Notes: generated by a model not told the origin, from the sequence alone. Positions 1-11,992 are shown, counted from the first letter of the stretch. The stretch is DNA of 64,000 nt from Flavobacterium sp. (GCF_027483985.1 NZ_JAIXTJ010000043.1:1400-65399), one strand, 5' to 3'. A program made the numbers and translations.

Positions 1-1
1 T

Positions 2-121
2 TATGAATGGATTACTTGGAATAATGATACTAAATCTGGAACTTTTGTTACTGTTCCGGCTAGACTTCAAATTCCTGAAAACATTAAAGAACAGTTAATC
101 GTAGAGTTGTACAACAAATAA
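2..121 (+). CDS. rpsD: 30S ribosomal protein S4, C-terminal fragment (runs off the window start)
   Basis: Hand translation [39 protein letters not shown] matches the S4 C-terminus; lies directly before rpoA. Confidence 0.93.
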   Translation, partial: YEWITWNNDTKSGTFVTVPARLQIPENIKEQLIVELYNK

Positions 122-142
122 TAATTGACACTAGTCTAAATT

Positions 143-1135
143 ATGGCAATATTTAATTTTCAAAAGCCCGATAAAGTTATCATGATCGATTCAACCGATT
201 TTGAAGGTAAGTTTGAGTTCAGACCTTTAGAACCTGGTTACGGATTGACTGTTGGTAATGCACTTAGAAGAGTTTTACTTTCTGCTTTAGAAGGTTATGC
301 TATCACCTCTACAAGAATTGAAGGTGTTGAGCATGAGTTTTCTACTATTTCAGGAGTTGTTGAAGATGTTACTGAAATTATCCTTAGTTTAAAACAAGTT
401 CGTTTTAAACGTCAAATTGAAGATATTGATAACGAATCAGTAACTATATCTATAACGGGTAAAGAGCAAATAACAGCAGGTGATTTTCAAAAGTTTATCT
501 CTGGTTTTCAAGTTTTAAATCCTGAGTTGGTAATCTGTAATCTTGATTCTAAAGTTAATTTCAATATGGAATTGACAATTGAAAAAGGAAGAGGATATGT
601 TCCTGCTGAGGAAAATAAAAAACAAAATGCTGCTATTGGTACAATCTTTACTGATTCTATCTTTACACCAGTTAAAAACGTGAAATATGCTATTGAAAAT
701 TTCCGTGTTGAGCAAAAAACAGATTACGAAAAATTAGTTTTTGAAATCAAAACTGATGGATCTATCAATCCAAAAGACGCTCTTACTGAAGCTGCAAAAG
801 TATTAATTCACCACTTCATGTTATTCTCTGATGAGAGAATCACTCTTGAGGCAGACGAAATCGCTCAAACAGATTCATATGATGAAGAATCATTACATAT
901 GAGACAATTGCTTAAAACTAAGCTTGTTGATATGGATTTATCTGTAAGAGCATTAAATTGCTTAAAAGCAGCTGAAGTTGATACATTAGGAGACCTTGTC
1001 TCTTTTAACAAACACGACTTAATGAAATTCCGTAATTTTGGTAAAAAATCTTTAACTGAGCTAGATGAACTAGTTGCTGTTAAAAATTTAACCTTCGGAA
1101 TGGATTTGTCAAAATATAAATTAGATAAAGACTAG
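143..1135 (+). CDS. rpoA: RNA polymerase alpha subunit
   Basis: [20 protein letters not shown] and [10 protein letters not shown] motifs; rpsD-rpoA-rplQ order. Confidence 0.99.
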   Translation: MAIFNFQKPDKVIMIDSTDFEGKFEFRPLEPGYGLTVGNALRRVLLSALEGYAITSTRIEGVEHEFSTISGVVEDVTEIILSLKQVRFKRQIEDIDNESVTISITGKEQITAGDFQKFISGFQVLNPELVICNLDSKVNFNMELTIEKGRGYVPAEENKKQNAAIGTIFTDSIFTPVKNVKYAIENFRVEQKTDYEKLVFEIKTDGSINPKDALTEAAKVLIHHFMLFSDERITLEADEIAQTDSYDEESLHMRQLLKTKLVDMDLSVRALNCLKAAEVDTLGDLVSFNKHDLMKFRNFGKKSLTELDELVAVKNLTFGMDLSKYKLDKD

Positions 1136-1166
1136 TTTCTTTATTCAAGTTAAATAGCATTTTAAA

Positions 1167-1658
1167 ATGAGACACGGAAAAAAAATCAATCACTTAAGCA
1201 GACAGACTGGACATAGAAAGTCTATGTTAGCTAATATGGCTTGTTCATTAATTGAGCACAAACGTATTAACACTACTGTTGCTAAAGCAAAAGCGTTAAA
1301 ACAATTTGTTGAACCGCTTATAACAAAATCTAAAGAAGATACTACTCACAATCGTCGTATTGTATTTGCTTACCTAAGAAATAAATATGGTGTAACTGAA
1401 CTTTTTAGAGAAGTTGCAGCTAAAGTTGGTGACCGTCCTGGTGGATACACACGTATCATCAAAGTTGGTAACCGTCTTGGAGATAATGCAGATATGGCAA
1501 TGATCGAATTAGTAGACTTCAATGAAATCTACAACGGTGGTAAAAAAGAAGAGAAAAAAGCTAAAAGCCGTCGTGGTGGAAAAGCTAAAAAATCGGAATC
1601 TCCAGCTACTGAAGCACCAGCTGCTTCAACTGAAGAAACTACTGATAGTGCTGAATAA
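1167..1658 (+). CDS. rplQ: 50S ribosomal protein L17 with low-complexity C-terminal tail
   Basis: [31 protein letters not shown]. Confidence 0.99.
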   Translation: MRHGKKINHLSRQTGHRKSMLANMACSLIEHKRINTTVAKAKALKQFVEPLITKSKEDTTHNRRIVFAYLRNKYGVTELFREVAAKVGDRPGGYTRIIKVGNRLGDNADMAMIELVDFNEIYNGGKKEEKKAKSRRGGKAKKSESPATEAPAASTEETTDSAE

Positions 1659-1680
1659 TGAATTAATATTCATAAATATA

Positions 1681-1714
1681 AAAAAGGATAAGCTTTATAG
1701 TTTATCCTTTTTTT
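1681..1714 (+). terminator. Intrinsic terminator after rplQ
   Basis: AAAAAGGATAA...TTATCCTTTTT stem followed by a T run. Confidence 0.85.
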
Positions 1715-1758
1715 ATATACTTTAAATAATTTTATTGTTTATAAAGTTTATAAACAGG

Positions 1759-1790
1759 TTTGAGTTTTAATTACAAATAACATAAATTTG
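1759..1790 (+). promoter_or_regulatory. Bacteroidota primary-sigma promoter for carA
   Basis: TTTG (1759-1762), 20-nt spacer, TAAATTTG (1783-1790): matches the -33/-7 consensus TTTG-N19-21-TAnnTTTG. Confidence 0.75.
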
Positions 1791-1810
1791 CATCACAACA
1801 ACTACTACCA

Positions 1811-2911
1811 ATGAAATACACAACACGACCACGCGCAATTTTACTACTTGCTGATGGAACTATTTTTTACGGAAAATCAATAGGAATAGCAGGAACCACA
1901 TTCGGTGAAGTTTGCTTCAATACTGGAATGACTGGTTATCAGGAAATTTTTACTGATCCATCTTATTTCGGACAAATAATGGTTGCAACTAATCCTCATA
2001 TTGGAAACTATGGGGTTAATGACAATGAAGTCGAATCTGATAGAATTATGATATCTGGTTTGGTTTGTAAAAACTTTAGTTTTAATCATTCTCGTCCTGA
2101 TTCTGAAAGTAATCTGTTTGACTATTTCGAAAAACAAAATTTAATTTGTATATCAGATGTTGATACTAGAGCTTTAGTTAGTTATATTCGTGATAACGGT
2201 GCTCAGAATGCGGTGATTTCTACGGATAATACTTCAATCGAGGATTTAAAAAATCAACTTGCTGCTGTACCAAATATGAAGGGATTAGAATTAGCTTCAA
2301 AAGTATCTGTAACAGAACCTTACTTTTTCGGAGATGAAGCAGCAACTTACAAAGTAGCCGCCTTAGATTTAGGTATCAAAACAAATATTTTGAGAAATTT
2401 AGCTAAAAGAGATTGCTATATCAAAGTTTTCCCATACAATACACCCTTCGGTGAACTTGAAGCTTTTAATCCAAATGGCTATTTTTTGTCAAATGGTCCT
2501 GGTGATCCTGAACCTTTAGTTGATGTGCAAGAAACGGCCAAGAAAATGATAGCTTCAAATAAACCTGTATTTGGTATTTGTTTAGGTCACCAAATTATTG
2601 GTTTGGCTAATGGAATTTCGACCTACAAAATGTTTAATGGTCATAGAGGAATCAACCATCCTGTTATGAATGTCTTGACAGGTAAAGGAGAAATTACGTC
2701 ACAAAATCACGGTTTTGCAGTTAACAGAGAAGAGTTGGAAAATCATAAGGATTTAGAAATAACTCATTTTCACATCAATGACAATACCGTTGCAGGTATG
2801 AGAATGAAATCTAAAGATTGTTTTTCTGTGCAATATCATCCTGAAGCTAGTCCTGGTCCACACGATTCCTCCTATTTATTTGACGAGTTTATAGCTAAGT
2901 TGAACAATTAA
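1811..2911 (+). CDS. carA: Carbamoyl-phosphate synthase small subunit
   Basis: GEVCFNTGMTGYQE, LSNGPGDP, GICLGHQ (catalytic Cys), QYHPEASPGPHD. Confidence 0.98.
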   Translation: MKYTTRPRAILLLADGTIFYGKSIGIAGTTFGEVCFNTGMTGYQEIFTDPSYFGQIMVATNPHIGNYGVNDNEVESDRIMISGLVCKNFSFNHSRPDSESNLFDYFEKQNLICISDVDTRALVSYIRDNGAQNAVISTDNTSIEDLKNQLAAVPNMKGLELASKVSVTEPYFFGDEAATYKVAALDLGIKTNILRNLAKRDCYIKVFPYNTPFGELEAFNPNGYFLSNGPGDPEPLVDVQETAKKMIASNKPVFGICLGHQIIGLANGISTYKMFNGHRGINHPVMNVLTGKGEITSQNHGFAVNREELENHKDLEITHFHINDNTVAGMRMKSKDCFSVQYHPEASPGPHDSSYLFDEFIAKLNN

Positions 2912-2919
2912 TTATATAA

Positions 2920-2956
2920 AAAATGCCCCAAATAGTTTTAACTTTTGGGGCATTTT
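2920..2956. terminator. Bidirectional terminator between convergent genes
   Basis: AAAATGCCCCAAA / TTTGGGGCATTTT arms. Confidence 0.85.
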
Positions 2957-2970
2957 ATTTTATTTATTAT

Positions 2971-4047
2971 TTAGTCGTTATAAGTGTAACTTTCATAAAT
3001 ATCATCTATTTTAATATTGTTTTTCAAGAAAGTTCTATTCACAGCAAACCACTTATCGTACATCACTTTTTTATTAGCTTGAATAGTTTCCATCATATCA
3101 AATAATTTATTCTTTTTTAAATTGTAGGATTTTACAGTTTGGTTGTATAAAGTTATAGATTCATTCGAATTAGAGTCTGTAGTGGTTTTTAGTTTTTTTA
3201 GGATTTTATTTTCATTTGCAAAATCATTAAATAAGGGAATAACTTTCTTTTTCTGAGTAAAAATAAAATTACTATAGTTTACGTTTTCGTTATTCAATGA
3301 ATTATCCTTTACAATTGTTTTATATTGTGTAGTTTTTAACACCACTTCTTTAAAGGTGTTTTCAATTGCTGTGATGGTCTCATTAAAATCATCGTTGTTA
3401 ATGTTGAATATTGTAGCATTTAATTTTTCATCTAAAACATTTATTTTGTAAAACAATATATTCTGAAAAGCATTGTATTCTAAAATATTGGTGCCACTAA
3501 AATTCTTGATGTTGATATTGTTCATTTTGCCAAATTCTTTTTTGCTTTTTTCAAATGCTTTTAATTCATCAAAATAACTCTTTAGATTTAACTCTCGCTG
3601 TTTTAAATTTTTATTTATTTCAGTTACACTCAACTGTGATTGTGAAACATAATCATTCATTATCAAAGTACCATTTGACATACACTCGATAGTTTTTTCA
3701 TTCATTTTTATAAAACTATCTCTAAGTAAGGTATTCTTTTTATACCCTTGATCATTTTTCTTAATAATTGAATTAATGTTTTTTAATTTCTCTATAATTC
3801 TTAAAGCTGTTGATTTTGTTCTATTTTCAAGTTGGTTTTCAACGATAGTATTTGAATACTCAATTAATGCTTTTTTAATATACAATTCGTTTTTAGCAAA
3901 GTCATCGATATAAGCAGTTAACGCTCTGTATTCTGGAGTGTCATTCTTTTGAGCGTAGGCAAACATTTGAAGAAATAAAAAAAACAAAGTAAGGCAAAGA
4001 GCTAATTTTTCATTTCCTTTTTTAGGAGTAGTAGTAGGTTTTTTCAT
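2971..4047 (-). CDS. Secreted all-helical hypothetical protein, paralogue 1 (LIC11966-family-like)
   Basis: Signal peptide ending AYA-Q; aligns by eye along its length with 4285-5352. The family name is from recalled motif resemblance only. Confidence 0.75.
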   Translation of the reverse strand: MKKPTTTPKKGNEKLALCLTLFFLFLQMFAYAQKNDTPEYRALTAYIDDFAKNELYIKKALIEYSNTIVENQLENRTKSTALRIIEKLKNINSIIKKNDQGYKKNTLLRDSFIKMNEKTIECMSNGTLIMNDYVSQSQLSVTEINKNLKQRELNLKSYFDELKAFEKSKKEFGKMNNINIKNFSGTNILEYNAFQNILFYKINVLDEKLNATIFNINNDDFNETITAIENTFKEVVLKTTQYKTIVKDNSLNNENVNYSNFIFTQKKKVIPLFNDFANENKILKKLKTTTDSNSNESITLYNQTVKSYNLKKNKLFDMMETIQANKKVMYDKWFAVNRTFLKNNIKIDDIYESYTYND

Positions 4048-4241
4048 AGCTTAAATTTTTATGTAAAATTATCATCTAAACATTTCAATCTGTTACAGTT
4101 AAAGAGTAAAACGTTATATAATAACAAGGTGTTAGTTTAGTATAAATCTTTGGGGCAAAAGACCAACTAAGTTTAACTTTACATACGATAAATTAAGTGT
4201 TTTGGATCTTGAATTTTAGTAAATTGTACAATATTTTACAT

Positions 4242-4277
4242 AAAAAAAAGAGATTTCTAATAAGGTAGAAATCTCTT
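4242..4277 (-). terminator. Terminator for the 4285-5352 gene
   Basis: AAGAGATTTCTA-ataagg-TAGAAATCTCTT with an A run on the left (U tract on the minus strand). Confidence 0.8.
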
Positions 4278-4284
4278 GATATTT

Positions 4285-5352
4285 TTAATCTAAGTTTGAA
4301 AATTTTTCATAGAGATTTTCAAACTCAATATTGTTCTTTAGAAATAAACTATTGGTCACATACCAACGTTTTAATAGTTCACTTTTTATAATTTGATTTT
4401 CTTGTAGGGCATCAAAAAATTCATTTTTAATTTTGTTGTATCTTTTAACTTCATTGTTATAATCTTCAACTTTTATGGTGTCACCAGCTTCAAAAAATTT
4501 AGCTTTGATTTTCTGAAAATCTTCATGCACTAAAATGTAATTTTGATATAATGGTACAAGTGTTTCATTTTGCTTTATAAAAAAATTAATCAATTCAACA
4601 TTTGCATCGTTTAGCGAAGTGTCAGTGAAATCATCTTTAAAGAGATCTGTTTTTGTTAAGGATTCCATAGTAACATTACTGATGAAATTCACACATTCCA
4701 ATACGTCTTCTACTTTTTTATATTTAAATAATTGTACCAGTTTATCATCTAAGATATTTAGCTTGTAAAAAATTAAATTTTGGTAAGCATTGTATTCAAA
4801 TACATTTCGTTTATTAAAATTTCGAATGTTAATCTTATATTTTAAACCGAAGTCTTTTTTGGCACTTTCATATTTTAATATTTCCGAATAATATTTTGCG
4901 ATCTCCGATTCTTTGTAGGCAAAGTTTTTAAAAATTTCAGAATAATCTAAATTACATTGCGCTTGATAGTCATTTAACTTTAGAGACTTATTTTTAAGTA
5001 AGGTTATAGTTTTGTTGTTTAATTTTATAAAGGCATCTCTTAAATCTGTGTCTCCATAAACTCCTTTATCGTTTTTAGTTAGGTTTTCGTTGACGTCCTC
5101 AAGTTTTTTATAAATGCGTTCTAAGGTTGTTTGAATTCTGTCATCTGGACTAGCGTCAATAATAGCTGTTGAATATTCCATCAAAGATTCTTTTACGAAC
5201 AATTCATTACGCCCAAAGTCTGTTATATAAGCTTTAGCATTTCTGTAGTTTTGACCAGTGATTATTTGAAATGAAAAAAGGAATCCAAAAAGGATTGCTT
5301 TATAAAATACTGATTTTAAGTTAGGGTTACTTAAAAATAAAAACCGTTTCAT
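4285..5352 (-). CDS. Secreted all-helical hypothetical protein, paralogue 2
   Basis: Signal peptide ending ITG-Q; shares AYI.DF..NEL..K..L.EYS, LRD.FIK.N.KTI and EYNA.QN..FYK.N.LD.KL with paralogue 1. Confidence 0.78.
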   Translation of the reverse strand: MKRFLFLSNPNLKSVFYKAILFGFLFSFQIITGQNYRNAKAYITDFGRNELFVKESLMEYSTAIIDASPDDRIQTTLERIYKKLEDVNENLTKNDKGVYGDTDLRDAFIKLNNKTITLLKNKSLKLNDYQAQCNLDYSEIFKNFAYKESEIAKYYSEILKYESAKKDFGLKYKINIRNFNKRNVFEYNAYQNLIFYKLNILDDKLVQLFKYKKVEDVLECVNFISNVTMESLTKTDLFKDDFTDTSLNDANVELINFFIKQNETLVPLYQNYILVHEDFQKIKAKFFEAGDTIKVEDYNNEVKRYNKIKNEFFDALQENQIIKSELLKRWYVTNSLFLKNNIEFENLYEKFSNLD

Positions 5353-5616
5353 AATTTCATTATTTGATTCTTTGACATTATAAAATTAAATAAATATTTG
5401 TAAGTTACCAACGTATTTATCTACAAAATGCAAATTAAAGCGTTAAAATGCGTATTTTCGATTTTATTGTATAAAATTTATTACAAATTTTTCATTAAGT
5501 TTTTTTATGTCTTTTTTAATCCAATTAAAACTTTGATTTTGTCTTTTTTTAGGGTACTAAAACGATTGAGTTTATAAGTTTTTTTAAAAAAAATGGATTA
5601 AGTTTTGACTAATGCT

Positions 5617-5624
5617 TAAATTTG
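5617..5624 (+). promoter_or_regulatory. -7 promoter element upstream of eno
   Basis: TAAATTTG matches TAnnTTTG, 53 nt before the ATG. Confidence 0.55.
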
Positions 5625-5650
5625 TGTGCCTTATTATGGTAAATATGTAA

Positions 5651-6970
<1,320 letters not shown>

Positions 6971-6994
6971 GAACATAAATTTACTTGTTTAAAT

Positions 6995-7030
6995 AAAAAA
7001 CTTGACTACTAAAAATTAGTCAAGTTTTTT
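6995..7030 (+). terminator. Terminator after eno
   Basis: AAAAAACTTGACTA / TAGTCAAGTTTTTT. Confidence 0.88.
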
Positions 7031-7040
7031 TTTGTTTTCA

Positions 7041-7071
7041 ATCGAATTCTCGACCAAACCTATCGAATTCT
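7041..7071 (+). promoter_or_regulatory. Putative LytTR operator: ATCGAATTCT direct repeat with 21-bp period
   Basis: Identical 10-mers at 7041 and 7062, upstream of the TATTTTTG -7 element (7103-7110) of the LytS/LytTR operon. Confidence 0.65.
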
Positions 7072-7102
7072 AATTTATTGTAATTTGTATTAAAGTAAAT
7101 GT

Positions 7103-7110
7103 TATTTTTG
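7103..7110 (+). promoter_or_regulatory. -7 promoter element of the sensor kinase operon
   Basis: TATTTTTG matches TAnnTTTG; implies the ATG at 7120, not 7099, is the start. Confidence 0.6.
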
Positions 7111-7119
7111 TTTACTATT

Positions 7120-9093
7120 ATGATAAAATATTTTTTAACATACTTAATGCTGTTATCAGCGAGCCTTAGTGTTTTTTCGCAAAATACAAAGATAGATAGT
7201 TTGAACAAAGTGTTCAAAAATACTGACAGTGATATACGTAAAGCTGAAATTTTCAACTTGATGGCAGATGAGTATAAAAGTATAGAACCAAATAAAACTA
7301 TATTTTATGCCAAAAAAGCATTAGAGTTAGCAAAGAAAACGGAACATTTTATAGAACAAGGAACATCTTATAATAATTTAGGAAACGCTAATATTATTAT
7401 AGGAAATTATACCGAAGCATTAGATTATTTTACAAAAGCTCAAATCGTTTTTGAAAAAGAGTTAACGGTAGTTAGCCAATCTAATGTTAAAAATGTTAAA
7501 GATGGTTTAGCCAGAGCATATGGTAGCATCGCTTATGTTTTTATGGAGCAAAGTAGTTATGATAAAGCTTTGCAATTTAATTTTAAAGCTTTAAGAATAT
7601 ATGAAGAAACACAAAATTCAATAAAGCTTTTAAGAATTTACAATAATATCGGTGTAATATATAAATCTCAAAATAATTTTGCTAAAGCATTAATTTATTA
7701 CGAAAAATGTTTGTTTTTACAAGAAAAGTTAAAAGATTCTAATATAGGTACTACAATCAATAACATTGGATTAGTTTATTTAATGAAAAAAGAATATTCA
7801 ATGGCGTTTGAATATTTTAAAAAAGCTAATTTTTATTTTGATAAGTTTCCAAACCTTCTTGGAGAAGCAGATTTGAACTACAATTTTGGTAATTATTTTA
7901 TAGAGACAAAAAAATTAGATAAGGCTTCAGAAAATATAAATAAATCCTTGACCGGATATACTAAATTGAATAATAAGTTTGGGATTGCAAAAACTTATGC
8001 ATTGCAAGGGATAGTATATTCAATGCAAGGAAATTATAATGATGCCTTAACTTCAACAGAAAAAGGATTAAAAATTGCTAGAGAATTAAAAATTTTAGAT
8101 CAAGTTCAATCCTTTGAAAAAAACATTAGTGAAATTTATGAAAAACTCAATCAACCTGATTTAGCATTAAAACATTTTAAATTATACAGTGAAGCTAAAG
8201 ATAGTGTTACTAATGCTGAAACAATTAAAAATTCAATTAGAGCCGAGTTGAATTTTGATTTTGAAAGAAAAGAACTTTTAACAAAGAAGGAACAAGAAAA
8301 AAAAGAACTTATTTATCAAGAACAGAAAAAAACAAGTTTAATTAAGTTAACGTTATCCATATTACTAACACTTTTCGCCTCTGGAATGTCCTTTTTAATT
8401 TATAATAGAAATCAATTAAAAAAACGACTTACATTAGAAAAAGAATTAGCTGTTTACGAGCAAAAGGCGTTACACTTGCAAATGAACCCACATTTTATAT
8501 TTAATTGTTTAGGATCAATTTCAAGTTTTATTGTTCAAAATAGTTCGGATGCAGCAATTAAATATTTAGCAAAATTTTCAAAGTTAATGCGTTTGACTTT
8601 AGAGTATTCTAAAGAAACATTTATCCCAATTGATAAAGAAATAGAAAGTTTGCAAAATTATTTAGAATTAGAACAATTGCGTTTTAATAATAAGTTTAGT
8701 TTTACAATTACGAAGGCTAGTGATATTGAAGATGATTTAGTTTTACCGCCACTATTATTGCAACCTTTTATTGAAAATGCTATCATACACGGATTAAATC
8801 CCGATGCAAAAACAGGAACTATTGCAGTCAGTTTTACAATTGTAGAGGAGAGTCTAATTTGTGAAATTACTGATGATGGCATAGGAATAAATAAATCTAA
8901 GGAGCTAAAGAAATCTTTAGTAAAAATGCATAAATCAATGGCGCTAGATATAACAAGAAAAAGATTGGAAATGTTAGGAAATACAAAATCTAATAATACC
9001 GATTTACAAATCGAAGAAATTAATGAAAATGGCATTATAAAAGGAACTAAAGTTACTGTTAAACTACCTTTACAATACCAAGATAAACTATAA
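7120..9093 (+). CDS. TPR-repeat LytS-type sensor histidine kinase
   Basis: Signal peptide (VFS-Q), TPR repeats, one TM helix, LQMNPHFIFNCL (His_kinase), LLQPFIENAIIHG, ITDDGIG. Confidence 0.93.
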   Translation: MIKYFLTYLMLLSASLSVFSQNTKIDSLNKVFKNTDSDIRKAEIFNLMADEYKSIEPNKTIFYAKKALELAKKTEHFIEQGTSYNNLGNANIIIGNYTEALDYFTKAQIVFEKELTVVSQSNVKNVKDGLARAYGSIAYVFMEQSSYDKALQFNFKALRIYEETQNSIKLLRIYNNIGVIYKSQNNFAKALIYYEKCLFLQEKLKDSNIGTTINNIGLVYLMKKEYSMAFEYFKKANFYFDKFPNLLGEADLNYNFGNYFIETKKLDKASENINKSLTGYTKLNNKFGIAKTYALQGIVYSMQGNYNDALTSTEKGLKIARELKILDQVQSFEKNISEIYEKLNQPDLALKHFKLYSEAKDSVTNAETIKNSIRAELNFDFERKELLTKKEQEKKELIYQEQKKTSLIKLTLSILLTLFASGMSFLIYNRNQLKKRLTLEKELAVYEQKALHLQMNPHFIFNCLGSISSFIVQNSSDAAIKYLAKFSKLMRLTLEYSKETFIPIDKEIESLQNYLELEQLRFNNKFSFTITKASDIEDDLVLPPLLLQPFIENAIIHGLNPDAKTGTIAVSFTIVEESLICEITDDGIGINKSKELKKSLVKMHKSMALDITRKRLEMLGNTKSNNTDLQIEEINENGIIKGTKVTVKLPLQYQDKL

Positions 9094-9096
9094 AAT

Positions 9097-9870
9097 ATGA
9101 TTACAGCTGTATTAATTGATGATGATGTAAATTTAAGAAACGGAATGAAAGGCTTGCTGTCTCTTTATGCTCCAGATATTGAAATAATTGACGAAGCAGA
9201 TAGTGTAACTTCTGGACTTGAAGTTTTGTCAAGAGTTACGCCACAAGTAATTTTTCTTGATATTCAAATGAATGATGGTACCGGATTTGATTTGTTAGAA
9301 AAATTAGCCGATTCAAAAGGAAAAGTATCTTCTCATATTATTTTTATTACAGCGTATGAACAATATGCCATTAAGGCTTTCCGATTTAGTGCTTTAGATT
9401 TTTTACTAAAACCCGTTGGGCCAGATGAATTAGAAAAAGTTATTGATAAATTAAAAGGCGTTCTCGAAAAAGACAATGATTATTCGCATATTGATTTGCT
9501 TTTAGAAAACATTCGAAAAAAAGCAGATAATTTTAAAAGAATTGCATTGTCAAATTCAGATGGAATTCATCTTATTGATATTGCAGACATAATTAGATGT
9601 GAAAGTGACGACAATTATACTAAGTTTTATATCAAAAATAAAAAACCAATTCTAATATCTAAAACCTTAAAAGAATATGAAGAATTGCTAAATGAGCACG
9701 ATTTTCTTCGAATTCATCAGTCTCATTTAATTAATATTGCTTTTGTAACCTCTTATCTAAAAAAAGATAGTGGTTTTGTACAAATGGCTGATGACAGTTT
9801 ATTGCCAGTATCACAAAGAAAGAAAGAGCAAATACAAGATAAATTATTTAAAAAATTGAAGTTCCAATAA
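9097..9870 (+). CDS. LytTR-family response regulator
   Basis: REC domain (LIDDD, FLDIQM, FITAY, LLKP) plus LytTR domain (IIRCESDDNYT, FLRIHQSHLIN). Confidence 0.96.
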   Translation: MITAVLIDDDVNLRNGMKGLLSLYAPDIEIIDEADSVTSGLEVLSRVTPQVIFLDIQMNDGTGFDLLEKLADSKGKVSSHIIFITAYEQYAIKAFRFSALDFLLKPVGPDELEKVIDKLKGVLEKDNDYSHIDLLLENIRKKADNFKRIALSNSDGIHLIDIADIIRCESDDNYTKFYIKNKKPILISKTLKEYEELLNEHDFLRIHQSHLINIAFVTSYLKKDSGFVQMADDSLLPVSQRKKEQIQDKLFKKLKFQ

Positions 9871-9905
9871 CTTAAAAAATTAAGCCAACTATAAAAAATT
9901 GCATT

Positions 9906-11981
9906 ATGAAAAAATTAACCTACTTAATTTTGCTTTTATTTTTTGGGTATTCTTATTCACAAGACATCACTTTTTCTGATGAAAATTTACGAATTAGATT
10001 AACTCAGGCAGCTACGAATAATAACATTGCCAAAGATAGCAACGGTAATTCAATTAAAATTGATCTCAATGACAACGGAATCATAACTGTTGCAGAGGCT
10101 TCTCTTGTTTATGAGTTAGATGTTAGTAACGTAACACCAAATGGTATTGTGAGTATTGCAGGTGTGGAGCTTTTTCCGAATTTAAGAATATTAGATTGCA
10201 GTAACAATGATATTACTTCTATAAATTTGACAAATCTTTCGTTGTTGCAAAGTTTAGATTGTAGTAGCAATGATTTGGGAGCAAACGGTATTATACTCAA
10301 TGGTTGCACTGGCTTAACTGATTTAGATGTAAATGGTAATAATCTTTTAAGTACCATTAATTTTTCCACACTTGTTAGTTTGGCAACTATTGATTTATCT
10401 AGTTGTAGTTTTACTACAGTTGATGTTTCCAATTGTGTCCAATTAAATTCCTTAAATTGTAATAATAATGATTTAATTACATTATTTGTAAAAAATGGTC
10501 GTAATGAAACTATTTCATTTTCGGGAGGTTCTAATTCAGGTTTAATTTATATTTGTGCAGATGAATCTCAAATTGCTGCTGTTCAATCCAATCTAACGTC
10601 TAATCCAACCTGTCAAGTGAACTCATTTTGTACCGATGCTCCTGGAGGAAATTCTTCTAGGTTATCTGGTTATTTGGTCTTTGATGCACTCAATGACGGC
10701 GTAACTAGTGCTGATCCTAAATTTCCTTACTTAAAAATGAAAACAATTATAGGTGCTGATGTTTATCAAACAGTAACCGATAATAACGGAGATTTTGAAT
10801 TTTTTACAACTGTAACTACTGGCGCTATTTCTCAATCTTCGGTCTTAGAAAATACGTCTTTATGTTTGCCAATGCCAACTTTAGCAACTTCATTAAACGG
10901 AAATGATTTAGTGAATAATCAAGTAATTTTGCCTATTTCTGCACCACTACCTGATTTAGAAGTTGTTATAGCGCCAAAAACACAAGCACTTCCAAATAAT
11001 TTAGCTACCTATAAAGTGGTCTATAAAAACAAAGGGACAAAGACAACCAATGCGCGACTACTACTAAACTATAATAATTCTCTACTCTCATTTGTAAATG
11101 CATCAAATGGTGCTGTGACTAATTCTCTTAATCAATTGGCTTTAAATGTTAATCAAATAAAACCTTATGAAACTAGAGATTTCGAGGTAACTTTTAATGT
11201 TAGTCCAACTGCAGTATTAGGTAACGAAATGATTTTCAATCTTAGTTTTAATGAGACATTAATTAATACAGAGTTGCCAATAGATTTAGCAGATAACGTT
11301 TTTACTTACAAACAAGTGATTGAAAGTAAACCAGCTGTTTTTATTGAATGTTTAGAAGGAAATAATGTTGATACTTCATTAATTGGCAAGTACCTTCATT
11401 ATGTAATTAGTTTCACCAATACAACTACAGAAACAATCAATGATATCAATATTGTAAATGTAATTGATGCATCAAAATTTGATATGAGTTCACTTCAAAT
11501 TTTATACACGTATCATCCTATGAAAATGGAAGCAAAAAATAATAACGCCAGATATTCTTTTAGAAATGCTGATGTTGGCGGACCTGGCGGAAGTGGTGGA
11601 ATTTTACTTAAAATAAAAACTAACGATAACATTACAACTGATTCTGCAGTCTTAAATGATGCCGATGTATATTTAGATTATGACAATCCGTTAGCGACGA
11701 ATAATGAAGAAACAATTTTTCAAACATTAGGAGTAAATCAAAACAATTTAGATGCTACTGTCTCGATATTTCCTAATCCAACAAATTCATTGATAAATAT
11801 TAAATCAAAAAATGACATTCTTTATTTAGAATTATATGATTTAGGTGGTCGTTTAATTCAGTTTTCCAATGTTAAAGATTTTAATGCTACAATCGACTTA
11901 TCTGAAAGAAGTGCCGGAATATTTTATTTAAAAGTTGTTACTTCAGAAGGTATTAAAGTAGAAAAAGTTATTAGAAAATAA
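9906..11981 (+). CDS. T9SS type A cargo: LRR (internalin-like) plus Ig-like/DUF11-type domains
   Basis: Signal peptide (SYS-Q), LxxLDCSxN repeats, YxIxFxN...ADVYLDY module, C-terminal IFPNPT...IYFLKV...KVIRK sorting domain. Confidence 0.88.
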   Translation: MKKLTYLILLLFFGYSYSQDITFSDENLRIRLTQAATNNNIAKDSNGNSIKIDLNDNGIITVAEASLVYELDVSNVTPNGIVSIAGVELFPNLRILDCSNNDITSINLTNLSLLQSLDCSSNDLGANGIILNGCTGLTDLDVNGNNLLSTINFSTLVSLATIDLSSCSFTTVDVSNCVQLNSLNCNNNDLITLFVKNGRNETISFSGGSNSGLIYICADESQIAAVQSNLTSNPTCQVNSFCTDAPGGNSSRLSGYLVFDALNDGVTSADPKFPYLKMKTIIGADVYQTVTDNNGDFEFFTTVTTGAISQSSVLENTSLCLPMPTLATSLNGNDLVNNQVILPISAPLPDLEVVIAPKTQALPNNLATYKVVYKNKGTKTTNARLLLNYNNSLLSFVNASNGAVTNSLNQLALNVNQIKPYETRDFEVTFNVSPTAVLGNEMIFNLSFNETLINTELPIDLADNVFTYKQVIESKPAVFIECLEGNNVDTSLIGKYLHYVISFTNTTTETINDINIVNVIDASKFDMSSLQILYTYHPMKMEAKNNNARYSFRNADVGGPGGSGGILLKIKTNDNITTDSAVLNDADVYLDYDNPLATNNEETIFQTLGVNQNNLDATVSIFPNPTNSLINIKSKNDILYLELYDLGGRLIQFSNVKDFNATIDLSERSAGIFYLKVVTSEGIKVEKVIRK

Positions 11982-11992
11982 ACTTTGATTTA

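Noticed and set aside
1540-1658. Acidic/Ala-rich tail on L17
   Set aside because: Low-complexity L17 extensions are common in Bacteroidota.
1811-2911. carA without an adjacent carB
   Set aside because: Split carA/carB is ordinary in this group; there is no sign of disruption.
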